Shown here piece after piece: positions 40,700 through 54,200 of a stretch of DNA of 64,000 nt; within the stretch, counting starts at the first letter, position 1, and each line of letters starts with the position of its first letter. Position numbers and translations under genes: made by a program. The notes under the pieces were generated by a model. The model did no database searches. It was not told the DNA's origin and worked only from the letters and a program-made list of their open reading frames with translations. The stretch is from Raja brachyura (Eukaryota), in assembly GCA_963514005.1 (NCBI GenBank), contig OY740783.1:32922001-32986000 (forward strand). Reading direction: 5' to 3'.

Positions 40700-41107
40700 G
40701 TCAGGTCGGGGAGAGTTCTCCCCCCCTCCCCCCCCCCCCCACGGGTACCATGTAATCCTGCCTTACCTGCTCCATGGTTGGATAGTCGGCGACTAAACCG
40801 TCTCCCCCACCTAGTTTGCCAGGTGAGGAGGGGGCTGTGGACCCCGAGCAGGACCAAAAACAAGACCTGTTAAAGGGCGGATGAGTTTCTAGCGAGCCGA
40901 CGGCCATCCACACTTCAGTAGAAGTTGCGATCACTGTCGTACATAGTATTGTAAGGAATGATGATAAAGCACACACACCAAAATCCTATACTTCCAACGA
41001 TGGATGTCCGCAGGAACTGGAGGACAGAGATGCGTGGTGCGTCCGTCACCGTTCCCTTCGGAACCAGCACCACTGCATCGCTAATGTTTTCAACGATGAT
41101 GAATGAA
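40700..41107 (+). mobile_element. About 410-bp RTE-like non-autonomous element inserted in a common dispersed repeat
   Basis: Imperfect TSD tgcaaggta / tgcgaggta. EDRDAW-like coding remnant. (GAT)n(GAAT)n tail. The host repeat (gtaccgaggtacagtgaaaagcttttg) also occurs at about 14140, 24415 and 32515. Confidence 0.6.
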
Positions 41108-41727
41108 TGCGAGGTAAAGCCAGTAAAATACAATCAAGGATAGTCCGAGGGTAACCAAAGAGGTAGATAGCTGAGAGCTGGACTTATCAGTTGACATATA
41201 TTAATAATTTGGATTATAATGTTGTAATTAGTAAGTTTGCAGACAACACCAAAATTGGTGGTACAATGGAGAGTAACCTTATCTAAAATACACACCTGAA
41301 TAATTGCCAATAACTATTTGAAATCAGGAATAGCTTCAAGGCAGAATTTTCCTCCATTTAGTCTAAGGGTATTAAGGCCCGTTGCAGTGACTATACTGTC
41401 CTGGCTGATGTTACTTAACTCTTTCTGTCCAACCACTGAAGCATTAATTTTCTTTGTCTTGCACAACATGACATGATGCATTTACCTTCTTCGTGGTTGA
41501 AATTTCAATCTTAGAGGATTTTTGTTGAGATATTATCAGCTATGGAAAATGATATATGTTTCACAAGGTATGAAAAGAGAGGAGGACATTATTGTCCTTT
41601 TCCAACTTCAAAATAACTGCTAGGTTGTGACAAAGACACTGAGTTGTGACGAGGTCTGCCCTGGGATGGGTGATCCACCTGGACCAAACCTGTGCTGTAC
41701 CTGGCGCTGCTGAGAGATACCATTGCC

Positions 41728-42102
41728 TTACAAAATTCTTAAGGGGTTGGACAGGCTAGATGCAGGACGATTGTTCCCGATGTTGGGGAGGTCCAGAACA
41801 AGGGGTCACAGTTTAAGGATAAGGGGGAATTCCTTTAGGACTGAGATGAGGAAAACATTTTTCACACAGAGAGTGGTGAGTCTCTGGAATTCTCTGCCAC
41901 AGAAGGTAGTTGACGCCAGTTCATTGGCTATATTTAAGAGGGAGTTAGATGTGGCCCTTGTGGCTAAAGGGATCAGGGGGTATGGAGAGAAGGCAGGTTC
42001 AGGATACTGAGTGGAATGATCAGCCATGTTCATATTGAATGGCGGCGCAGGCTCGAAGGGCTGAATGGCCTACTCCTGCACCTATTTTCTACGTTTCTAT
42101 GT
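41728..42102 (+). mobile_element. CR1 3' fragment nested in Tx1
   Basis: [17 protein letters not shown], the 3'UTR and a (TTTCTATG)-type tail. Confidence 0.9.
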
Positions 42103-43754
42103 GCAGGACAGACGGGTGGATGCCTGCCTAGTCAGCTTGGACCAGGAGAAGGCCTTCGACAGGATATCGCACACATAAATGAGGGACGTGCTCTCCAAAA
42201 ATTTGGGGAGGGAATCAGAAATTGGATCAAACTGCTCTACACCGATATCTGTAGTGCAGTACAAATCAATGGGTGGGAATCAGACAGCTTCCCCGTCAGG
42301 TCTGGAGTCAGGCAGGGTTGTCCTCTCTCCCCTGTCTTGTTCATCTGTTGTATTGAACCTTTTGCCGAGTCCATCAGGAAGGACGCGAGCATAAGAGGAG
42401 TGACATTGCCAGGCAGTGGGGGCACTCAGTTCAAAACCTCCCTGTACATGGATGATGTCGCTGTGTTCTGCTCGGATCTAGGGTCGGTCCGCAGATTGAT
42501 CAGCATCTGCGACCAGTTTGAGTCGGCCACGGGAGCCAGGGTGAACAGCAGGAAGAGCGATGCCCCGCTCTTCGGCAACTGGCCCAACTGATCTTCCGTC
42601 CCCTTCACCATCAAGCCTGACTTCTTGAAGATGCTGGGGATCTGGTTTGGGAGGGCTGAGTCATGTGACAAGAATTGGCTGGAACAGATAGCCAAGGTGG
42701 GGAAGAAGTTGGAGCTGTGGAAGCAACGCTCCCTCTCCATAACGGGGAAAAATGTGGTCATCAGGTGTGAGATCAGGTATGAGATGCTCTCGGGGCTGCT
42801 GTACTTGGCGCAAGTGTGGCCTGTCCCTCCCTCCGATGCCACAGGGATCAGCCGGGCTGTCTTCCAGTTCATCTGGGTGCGACGGGCCACAATGCACAAG
42901 TCGGCAGACAAAGGGGGTAAATGCGTGCCCAACGTCGCCCTCACCCTGATGGCCACCTTCGTGTGTGGCTGCAACAGGCGGAGCGTAGAGCCAAGGCACG
43001 TGGGCACCAAGTGTTACTACCTGCTGAGGTTCTACCTCTCCCCGGTGTTGCGAAGGATGGGCCTGGCGCAGATGCTATGCAATGTGCCAGTCAGCTGGAC
43101 ATTGCCGCCCTATCTGTCGTTTGTGGAAAGGTTCTTCCGGACCAACACCTTTGACCACAACTCCATCGGGCAGCGGTCAACACGGCAGGGAAAGGACTCG
43201 TTGGATCTGGTGGAGTGGTTCCCAGAGCAGACTGCCCAGCTTGTCTGGCAAAATGCCTCATCGCCAGAACTCACCAACAAGCACCAAGACCTGGCTTGGC
43301 TGGCGGTGAGGGGAGCCCTCCCAGTCAGATCATTCCTGCACCTTCGGAATTTCACTACCAGCGCACGCTGCCCTCGGGACGGCTGCTATGGAGAGGAGAC
43401 GGTTGCCAACCTCTTTGCAGAGTGTGGATTTGCAAAGAGAGTCTGAAGAGGTCTGCAAGGATCCCTGTCACGGTTTATTCCGAACAGCTCCGTCACAGAG
43501 GACTCTGATTTACGGACTGTTCCCAGGGACGCATTCAGAGACTGACATCAAGTGCTGCTGGAAGGTCATCAACTCGGTGAAAGACGCTCCGTGGCCTGCC
43601 CGAACGCTGTTCACCACCCAGCAGAGCAAGATGTCTGTCGGGGAATGTTGCCGACTGGCCCGCTGCAAACTGCAGGAGTATGTGCTGAGGGATGTACTGA
43701 AGCTTGGTGCAGCCAATGCCAAGGCTCGGTGGGGGAGGACCACAGTCTAGGGTC

Positions 43755-46480
43755 TAGAGAAACAAGGGTTCTGAACTTAAACAAAGGTAACTTTGAAGGT
43801 ATGAGACGTGACTGGCAAGTGATTCTTAAAGGGTTGACAGTGGATGTGCAATGGAATATATTTAAAGACTGCATGGATGAACTACAACAATTGTTCATCC
43901 CAGTTTGGCAAAAGAATAAATCAGGGAAGGTAGTGCATCCGTGGATAACAAGGGAAATCAGGGATAGTATGAAAACAAAAGATGAAGCATATAAATTAGC
44001 CAGAAAAAGCAGCCTACCAGAGGACTGGGAGAAATTCAGAGTCCAGCAGAGGAGGACAAAGGGTTTAGTTAGGAAAGGAAAAATAGATTATGAAAGAAAA
44101 CTGGCAGGGAACATAAAAACTGACTGCAAAAGTTTTTATAGATATGTGAAGAGAAAGAGATTAGTTAAAGCAAATGTAGGTCCCTTGCAGTCAGAAACAG
44201 GTGACAGCATGGGGAACAAGGACATGGCAGACCAATTGAATAACTACTTTGGTTCTGTCTTCACTAAGGAAGACATAAATAATCTTCCGGAAATAGCAGT
44301 CAAATAAGGTGGAGGAACTGAGTGAAATCCAGGTTAGTCGGGAAGTGGTGTTGGGTAAATTGAATGGATTAAAGGCTGATAAATCCCCAGGGCCATATAG
44401 TCTGCATTCCAGAGCACTCAAGGAAGTAAACACAGAAATAGTGGATGCATTAGTGATAATTTTTCAAAACTCCTTAGATTCTGGAGTAATTCCTGAGGAT
44501 TGGAGGGTAGCTAATGTAACCCCACTTTTTAAAAAAAGGAGGGAGAGAGAAAACGGGGAATTACAGACCAGTTAGTCTAACATCGGTAGTGGGGAAACTG
44601 CTAGAGTCAGTTATTAAAGATGGGATAGCAGTACATTTGGAAAGTGGTGGAATCACGAAAGGTAAATCATGTCTGACGAATCTGATAGAATTTTTCGAGG
44701 ATGTAACTAGTAGAGTGGATAAGGGAGAACCAGTGGATGTGTTATATCTAGACTTTCAGAAGGCTTTTGACAAGCTCCCACATAAGAGATTAGTATACAA
44801 ACTTAAAACACACGGTATTGGGGGTTCAGTATTGATGTGGATAGAGAACTGGCTGGCAGACAGGAAGCAAAGGGTAGGAGTAAACGGGTCCTTTTCAGAA
44901 TGGCTGGCAGTGACTAGTGGGGTGCCGCAAGGCTCAGTGCTGGGACCCCAGCTATTTACAATATATATTAATGATTTGGACGAGCGAATTGAATGCAACA
45001 TCTCCAAGTTTGCGGATGACACTAAGCTGGGGGTAGTGTTAGGTGTGAGGAGGATGCTAGGAGGCTGCAAGGTGACTTGGATAGGCTGGGTGAGTGGGCA
45101 AATGCATGGCAGATGCAGTATAATGTGGATAAATGTGAGATTATCCACTTTGGTGTCAAAAACAGGAGGGTAGACTATTATCTGAATGGTGGCGAATTAG
45201 GAAAAGGGGAGATGCAACGAGACCTGGGTGTCATGGTACACCAATCATTGAAAGTAGGCATGCAGGTGTAGCAGGCAGTGAAGAAAGCAAATGGTGTGTT
45301 AGCATTCATAACAAAAGGATTTGAGTATAGGAGCAGGGAGGTTCTACTGCAGTTGTACACGGTTTTGGTGAGACCACACCTGGAGTATTGCGTACAGTTT
45401 TGGTCTCCAAATCTGAGGAAAGACATTCTTGCCATAGAGGGGGTACAGAGAAGGTTCACCAGACTGATTCCTGGGATGTCAGGACTTTCATATGAGGAAA
45501 GACTGGATAGACTTGGCTTGTACTCGCTAGATTTTAGAAGACTGAGGGGGGATCTTATAGAAACTTACCAAAGTCTTAAGGGGTGTACAATTTTGGTCGC
45601 CTAATTATAGGAAGGATGTCAACAAAATAGAGAGAGTACAGAGGAGATTTACTAGAATGTTGCCTGGGTTCCAGCAACTAAGTTACAGAGAAAGGTTGAA
45701 CAAGTTAGGTCTTTATTCTTTGGAGCGCAGAAGGTTAAGGGGGGACTTGATTGAGATCTTTAAAATGATGAAAGGGATAGACAGAGTTGACGTGGATAAG
45801 CTTTTCCCATTGAGGGTAGGAAAGATTCAAACAAGAGGGCATGACATGAGAATTAAGGGACAGAAGTTTAGGGGTAACATGAGGGGGAACTTCTTTACTC
45901 AGAGAGCGGTGGCTATGTGGAATGATCTTCCTGCAGAAGTGGTGGAGGCAGGATCGATTTTAACATTTAAAAGTAGAGTGGATAGGTATATGGACAGGAA
46001 GGGAATGGAGGGGTATGGTCTGAGTGCAGGTAGAAGGGACTAGGGGAAAATAAATGGTCAGCACGGACTGGAAGGGCCGAGAAGGCCTGTTTCCGTGCTG
46101 TAATTGTTATATGGTTATATGCTTATATGGATAGGCTAGATGCAGGAAGATTGTTCCCGATGTTGGGGAGGTCCAGAACAAGGGGTCACAGTCGAAGGAT
46201 GAGGGGGAATTCCTTTAGGACCGAAATGAGGAAAACATTTTTCACACAGAGAGTGGTGAGTCTCTGGAATCCTCTGCCACAGAAGGTAGTTGACGCCAGT
46301 TAATTGGCTTTATTTAAGAGGGAGTTAGATGTGGCCCTTGTGGCTAAAGGGATCAGGGAGTATGGAGAGAAGGCAGGTACAGGATACCGAGTTGGATGAT
46401 CAGCCATGATCATATTGAATGGCGCTGCAGGCTCGAAGGGCCGAATGGCCTACTCCTGCACCTATTTTCTATGTTTCTAT
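43755..46480 (+). mobile_element. CR1 ORF2 (frameshifted) nested in Tx1, itself carrying a (GGTTATAT)-family CR1 at about 45582-46128
   Basis: ORFs 43552-44307, 44589-45173 and 45278-45604 belong to one family. ORF 45657-46043 matches the 14300-16727 family. The host resumes at ggataggctaga (46129). Confidence 0.9.
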
Positions 46481-47247
46481 GTCCTTCCGCTGCTGGACAT
46501 GGGTGGCAGGGTGTGGTGGAGACACCTCTCAAAATAAGGGAAGGGATCCCACGCCAGTGGGCCACATGAGTGGCAAGGGTGGGGGATAAATTTGTGAAAT
46601 TTGAGCAATGTATGTAGACTGTATTGAAAAATTTGTATAGCCTCCGAAAATGTCAGATGAATTTGTTGCACATATTTATTACCTGAATAAAGTCTATTTT
46701 GAAATGTAAAAAAAAATGTTAAAAAAATCCTTTGTTGCAAGGCAAGATGATGAGCAATATGATTGGCAGTGTAATTCAAGATATATGAATATCAGGCTGA
46801 GGATCGTTGACGTAATCGGGTATTTGTACATGTGTAGTGTATTCTCAAACTATTGGAATTGTGTGCAAGGTAAGGGGAATAAAGGAATAAAAGGAAACCT
46901 TTTTACATTGCATTTCTGCATACCTTTCTTTCTTTAAGATGTTTCTTAAATCTTGTTGATCAACTTCTTCAAAGAAGAAAATGTATGTGCTTATCAATCC
47001 CCTTGTGGCTCAGTTAAAAGCTTCATTTAATGATAATTCCAATGAAGTACTTTATCATTTTGCTGCAGATGATTTCTGTTTAGAAAATCTCCATCCTGTC
47101 TGTCACAGGGAAAGAATTTGAGGCTTCACAGATGCTAATGTGAGAATAAGTCAGGAACTAGAAGGAAAGCCTGCTTTAAACGAATTACTCCCAGGACTTT
47201 GGACAGCCATTGTGAAAAAGTGGAAAAAGATTATAAAATGACTCTAT

Positions 47248-47381
47248 GTGTAGGAAGGAACTGCAGGTGCTGGTTTAAACCAAAGATAGACACAAAATGC
47301 TGGAGTAACTCAGCAGGACAGGCAGCATCTCTGGAGAGAGGTAATGGGTGACATTTTTGGGTCGGGACCCTTCTTCAGGCT
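47248..47381 (-). repeat. Penelope-like short repeat with decayed hammerhead core
   Basis: Minus strand CTGAAGAaGGGTcccgACCCaaaaatgtcaccc followed by the full family arm. Confidence 0.65.
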
Positions 47382-47390
47382 GGGACGGAA

Positions 47391-49528
47391 GAAACATAGA
47401 AACATAGAAAAATAGGTGCAGGAGTAGGCCATTCGGCCCTTCGAGCCTGCACCGCCATTCAATGTGATCATGGCTGATCATCCAACTCAGTATCCCGTAC
47501 CTGCCTTCTCTCCATAACCCCTGATCCCTTTAGCCACAAGTGCCACATCTAACTCCCTCTTAAATATAGCCAATAAACTGGCCTCAACTACCTTCTGTGG
47601 CAGAGAATTCCAGAGACTCACCACTCTCTGTGTAAAGAATGTTTTCCTCATCTCGGTTCTAAAGGAATTCCCCCTTATCCTTAGACTGTGACCCCTTGTT
47701 CTGGACTCCCCCAACATCGGGAACAATCTTCCAGCATCTAGCTTGTCCAACCCCTTAAGAATTTTGTAAGTTTCTATAAGATCCCCCCCTCAATCTTCTA
47801 AATTCCAGCGAGTACAAGCCGAGTCTAACCAATCTTTCCTCATATGAAAGTCCTGACATCCCAGGAATCAGTCTGGTGAATCTTCTCTGCACCCCCTCTA
47901 TGGCAAGGATGTCTTTCCTCAGATTTGGAGACCAAAACTGTACACAATACTCCAGGTGTGGCCTCACCAAAAACCGTGTACAACTGCAGTAGAACCTCCC
48001 TGCTCCTATACTCAAATCCTTTCGCTATGAATGCTAACATACCATTTGCTTTCTTCACTGCCTGCTGCACCTGCATGCCTACTTTCAATGACTGGTGTAC
48101 CATGACACCCAGGTCTCGTTGCATCTCCCCTTTTCCTAATCTGCCACCATTCAGATAATAGTCTACCCTCATGTTTTTGCCACCAAAGTGGATAACCTCA
48201 CATTTATCCACATTATACTGCATCTGCCATGCATCTGCCCATTCACTCAGCCTATCCAAATCACCCTGCAGCCTCCAAGCATCCTCCTCACACCTAACTA
48301 TACCCCCCAGCTTGGTGTCATCTGCAAATTTGGAGATATTGCATTGAATTCCCTCGTCCAAATCATTAATATATATTGTAAATAGCTGGGGTCCCAGCAC
48401 TGAGCCTTGCGGCACCCCACTAGTCACTGCCTGCCATTCTGAAAAGGACCCGTTTACTCCTACCCTTTGCCTCCTGTCTGCTAGCCAGTTCTCTATCCAC
48501 ATCAATACTGAACCCCCAATACCGTGTGCTTTAAGTTTGTATACTAATCTCTTATGCGGGACCTTGTCGAAAGCCTTCTGAAAGTCTAGATATAACACAT
48601 CCACTGGTTCTCCCTTATCCACTCTACTAGTTACATCCTCGAAAAATTCTATCAGATTTGTCAGACATGATTTACCTTTCGTAAATCCATGCTGACTTTG
48701 TCCAATGATTTCACCACTTTCTAAATGCGCTGCTATCCCATTTTTAATAACTGACTCTAGCAGTTTCCCCACTACCGATGTTAGACTAACTGGTCTGTAA
48801 TTCCCCGCTTTCTCTCTCCCTCCTTTTTTAAAAAGTGGGGTTACATTAGCTACCCTCCAATCCTCAGGAACTACTCCAGAATCTAAGGAATTTTGAAAAA
48901 TTATCACTAATGCATCCACTATTTCTGTGGCTACTTCCTTGAGTACTCTGGGATGCAGATTATCTGGCCCTGGGGATTTATCGGCCTTCAATCCATTCAA
49001 TTTACCCAACACCACCTCCCGGCTAACCTGGATTTCACTCAGTTCCTCCATCTTATTTGACCCCCGTTTCACTGCTATTTCCGGCAGATTATTTATGTCT
49101 TCCTTAGTGAAGACAGAACCAAAGTAGTTATTCAATTGGTCTGCCATGTCCTTGTTCCCCATGATCAATTCACCTGTTGCTGACTGCAAGGGACCAACAT
49201 TTGTTTTAACTAGTCTCTTTCTCTTCACATATCTATAAAAACTTTTGCAGTCAGTTTTTATGTTCCCTGCCAGTTTCCTTTCATAATCTATTTTCCCTTT
49301 CCTAATTAAGCCCTTTGTCCTCCTCTGTTGGATTCTGAATTTCTCCCAGTCCTCCGGTAGACTGCTTTTTCTGGCAAATTTGTATGCCTCATCTTTTGTT
49401 TTTATACTATCCCTGATTTCCCTTGTTATCCATGGATGCACCACCTTCCCCAATTTATTCTTTTGCCAAACTGGTATGAACAATTTTTGTACTTCATCCA
49501 TGCAGTCTTTAAATACCTTCCATTGCAG
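47391..49528 (-). mobile_element. 5'-truncated CR1 with long ORF2 (584-aa ORF, frameshifted near the end)
   Basis: ORF 47840-49594 carries RT motifs. 3'UTR and tail at 47391-47480. Confidence 0.95.
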
Positions 49529-51289
49529 GTAGAAGGTAGGATGACTACTGCCCTGATTCCAATATTTTATAACATCGACATACCATGTTCCCAAATGTTA
49601 ATTGACTCTTAACCAACTTTATTAAAATATGAAAGTCCCAGCTAACTCTTCCAAGAAGACATTATGTCCAGCACATCCAACTATTTATTTTTCAGTCCAT
49701 TAAATTGCCCTACAAGGTTTTCATTCATACCCTTATGATGCCATTCACATGATGCCATTCACATCCTCAGTATTCATTGAATTATCCTACTGAATGCCTT
49801 TCACGGAATGGAATTCATTATAGTTTCATCCACCTGAAAGCGCACATTATGAATTTTCAGAGGGCAGTATTATTTCAAACAGTCTGCTATTCTTTCGTCG
49901 CTGCGATTTCTGTTTCTCTGCAACCCTCAATAGCTTACTGATCTCTTTCAGAGTTAGGAAAACATTGCCTCTCAGCCAGGTAAAATGCAGAATAACCTGA
50001 AAATGATAGGCTATGTGCAAAATAACTGATTTGGAAAGAATGTTATTAATTGCCAAACCTATTTAACATTGTTCATTTCGGGATTCTTGGTCCTTAAGAT
50101 CTGTATGGGTTTTGCTCATGAGTGCTTTTCCCAACTTCTCAACATTTAATTGGTACCTTTCTTGCACAAAATAATCGAGAGAAGGAATTTGCATTTTATC
50201 ACTTTACAGCAAAATAGTATTTTTTTTAATAAGAATTTCAAGTCCTTAAGACATTGGCATTTCAAATCCTGAAGAAATTTGATACATCAAACTAATTGAT
50301 CAGTTAGTTGCACCAGGGAGAAATTGGACATTTTCCTTGCAATATGGTAACAACAGAATAATTTGATATATGTTTTTATTGAGCAATGTTATGATGTGAC
50401 ACAGTAGATGGCAAATTTTCACTTCCATGGTTAATAATTGACTGGAAAGAACAATGGTGAAAAAATATTGATGGAGAAAAGTATAATCAAAATGAAGCTC
50501 CTCTTGTATCTAAATTAATGGAAGTAGAATTAGGCAGGCCACATTTTAGCTGTACACTGCTCTCCTTTCCTCCCTGCATTGCAACCAGATATTGTGTTAT
50601 GTCCAGAGGTTAAAAATCGATGATTCAATGATACTTCCAAATCAAAATTAAAATCCAGCTCTTCATATTTACATTTTGATATGTTCAATAAAATGAAACC
50701 GATTACAGATTACAATGCTGTGGTACTATCATGTTTCTCTTGGCTTTATTAGGTCTGCCATTTTCTCTCAACTGCCATATCAGCAGCAACAGGGGTGTTT
50801 ATTTACAGTGGAGCTGCTACTCGTATCGAGTGTTAAAAAATGATAAATAAATAGCTTGTAAAGCTGAATTAGGCAGTTATAAATAAAATCACATTTTATC
50901 TGGAGACCAGGTTGGTAATTCTGCAATATGGTTTCTCTGGATTTGGGGACCATTTTCTATACACAATTGCAGGTGCACGAAGTATATACAGATTAAATGC
51001 TTTGGGTTCACCCTATTACTTGTGCATTTCTCACTTCAGAAATTAAAATAGCTAAATTCTATTCAATGTTCTCATGTGCTGATAGCCACATGTGAGAGAA
51101 TAAATTATGGGGCAACAGGGGAAACGGGTTTGCTGTGCTAGGAGCTGGAATGCACCTAATGGCCTCAATATCCTCTCTACCCTGATTCAAAATCTAATTA
51201 CTACAATGCTGAAAATCTGAAGTAGTAACAGGAAATATAAATAATCCTCTCTGCTCTCCTCCTATTCATTCTCTATCCTCCTTTAATAA

Positions 51290-54200
51290 GAGTCTTACAG
51301 TGTGGAAACAGGCCCTTCAGCACAACTTGCTTATGACGACCAACATGACCCATCTACAGTAGTCCTACCTGCCTGCACTTGGCCCACAACCCTCAAAACC
51401 TATCCTATCCATGTACCTGTTCAGGTGTATCTTAAATGTTATGATAGTACCTGCCTCAACTACCTCCTCCAGCAGCTCATTCAATATACCCACCAAGCTT
51501 TGTGAAAAGAGGTTACTTTTCAGGTTCCTATTAAATAATTCCACCCTCACCTTAAACCTATGTCCTCTTGTTCTCAATTCCCCTACTCTGGTCATTAGTA
51601 ATAGGAGCAGAATTGGGCCATTTGGCCCATCAAGCCTATTTTGCCATTCAATCATGGCTGATCTATACCTCCTAACCCCATTTTCCTGCCTTCTTCCCAT
51701 AACCCCTGACACTCGTACTTATCAAGAATTTATCTATCTCTGCCTTAAAAATATCCATTGACTTGGCCTCCACACCCTTCTGTCGCAAATAATTCCATAG
51801 ATTCACCACCCTCTGACTACAGAAATTCCTCTCATCTTCCTAAAGGACCATCCTTTAATTCTGGGCTATGACTTCTAGTCCTAGATCCTCCCACTACTGT
51901 ACATTTCAATCAGCCCCCCCCCCCCCCCTCATACTTCTAAACTCCAGTGGGTACAGGCCCAGTGCCATCAAACACTCATCATAAGTTAACCCACTCATTC
52001 CTCGGATCATTCTTGTAAACCTCCTCAGGATGCTCTCCAGGGCCAGCTCATTGCTCACAATTCTTCAAATGTGGCCTGACCAGTGCCTTATTCGACTTGC
52101 AGATGAACTTTTTGGGAATCCTGCACCAAATTCTCCAATTCCTGGATTCTTCCCCCATTTAGAAAATAGTCTATGCCTTTATTCCTACTACCAAAATGCA
52201 CGACTACACATTTGATACACTATATTCCATCTGCCACTTCTCTCCCAACCTGTCCAAGTCCTTCTGCAGAGTCCCTGCTTTATCTGCACTACCTGCCCTA
52301 CTCTGCACAAACTTGGCCACAAAGCCTTCAAGCCTTCAATTCCCTCGTCCAAATAATTAATATACAACGTGAAGAGTAGCGGCCCCAGCACCAACCCATA
52401 CGGAACTCCGCTAGTGACTGGCAGCCAACCAGAAAAAGTAGCCTTTATTGCCACCCTTTGCCTTTTGTCACCCAGCTAACCATGCTGGTATCTACCCTTT
52501 AATGCCATGGGCTCTCATCTTCCTTAGCAGACTCACGTGCAGCATCAAAGGCTTTCTGAAAATGTAGGTAAACAACGTCCACTGACTCTCATTTGCCTGT
52601 ACTACTATTTACTTCTTCAAAGAGTTCCAGCAGATTCGTCAGTCAAGATCTCCCCTTATCAAAACTATGTTAACTTTGGTCTATTTTATCATGAACTTCG
52701 AAGTACTCTGTAACCTCATCCGTTATAATAGCCAATAGGTGCAGGAGTAGGCCATTAGGCTCTTCGAGCCAGCACCACCATTCAATGTAATTATGGCTGA
52801 TCATCCCCAATCAGTACCCCGTTCCTGCCTTCTCCTCATATCCCCTGACTCCGCTATCTTTAAGAGCCCTATCTAGCTATCTCTTGAAAGTATCCAGAGA
52901 ACCGGCCTCCACCGTCCTCTGAGGCAGAGAATTCCACAGACTCCCAAATCTCTGTGTGAAAAAGTGTTTCCTCATCTCCGTTCTAAATGGCTTACCCCTT
53001 ATTCTTAAACTGTGGCCCCTGGTTCTGGACTCCCCCAACACCGGGAAATGTTTCCTGCCTCTAGCGTGTCCAAACCCTTAATAATCTTATATGTTTCAAA
53101 AAGATCCCCTCTCATCCTTCTAAACTCCAGAGTATACAAGCCCAGTCACTGCATTTTCTCAGCATATGACAGTCCCGCCATCCCGGTAATTAACCTTGTA
53201 AACCTATGCTGCACTCCCTCAATAGCAAGAATGTCCTTCCTCAAATTAGGAGACCAAAACTGCACACAATACTCCAGGTGTGGTCTCACTAGGGCCCTGT
53301 ACAACTGCAGAAGGACCTCTTTGCTCCTATACTCAACTCCTTGTTATGAAGGCCAACATGCCATTCACTTTCTTCACTGTATGCTTACTTTCAGTGACTG
53401 ATGTACAAGGACCCACAGGTCTTGTTGTACTTCCCAATTTAGATAATAATCTGCCTTCCTGTTTTTGCCACCAAATTGGATAACCTCACATTTATCCACA
53501 TTAAACTGCATCTGCCATTCATCTGTATTGTAAATAGTTGCGGTCCCAGCACCGAGCTTTGCGGTACCCCACTAGTCACTACCTGCCATTCTGAAAGGGA
53601 CCCGTTAATCCCTACTTTTGTTTCCTGTCTGCAAACCAATTTTCTATCCATGTCAGCACTCTACCCCCAATACCATGTGCCCTAATTTTGCCCACTAATC
53701 TCCTATGTGGGACCTTATCAAATGCTGTCTGAAAGTCCAGGTACACTACATCCACTGGCTCTCCCTTGTCCATTTTCCTAGTTACAGCCTCAAAAAATTC
53801 CATAAGATTAGTCAAGCATGATTTCCCCTTCGTAAATCCTGTTACTGCTATCCAAATGTGCCGCTATTTCATCTTTTATGATTGTCTCCAGCAACTTCCC
53901 CAACACCGATGTCAGGCTAACTGGTCTATAATTCCCTGTTTTCTCTCTCCCACCTTTCTTAAAAAGTGTGATGACATTAGCTACCCTCCAATCCACAGGA
54001 ACTGATCCTGAATCTATAGAACATTAGAAAATTATCACCAATGCATCCACAATTTCTAGAGCCACTTCCGAAAGTACCCTGGGATGCAGACCATCAGGCC
54101 TGGGGATTTATCAGCCTTCAGTCCCATCAGTCTACCCAACACTATTCCCTGCCTAATGTGGATTTCCTTCAGTTCCTCTGTCACCCCAGATCCTCTGTCA

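Larger units (their letters stand above)
41650..46727 (+). mobile_element. Tx1-type (L1 clade) LINE, 5'-truncated, with nested CR1 insertions
   Basis: IHLDQTCAVPG/LLRDTIA (41670-41727) continues as DACLVSLDQEKAFDRIS (42103 onward), VRQGCPLSP, LYMDD and a zinc-knuckle region CPRDGC..EETV..LF.EC. ORF ends at 43750. The 3'UTR resumes at 46481 and ends with AATAAA (46686) plus an A tail. Confidence 0.88.

Noticed and set aside
43552-44307. 251-aa ORF (and 42016-42591) as genes
   Set aside because: Both read across Tx1/CR1 insertion junctions.
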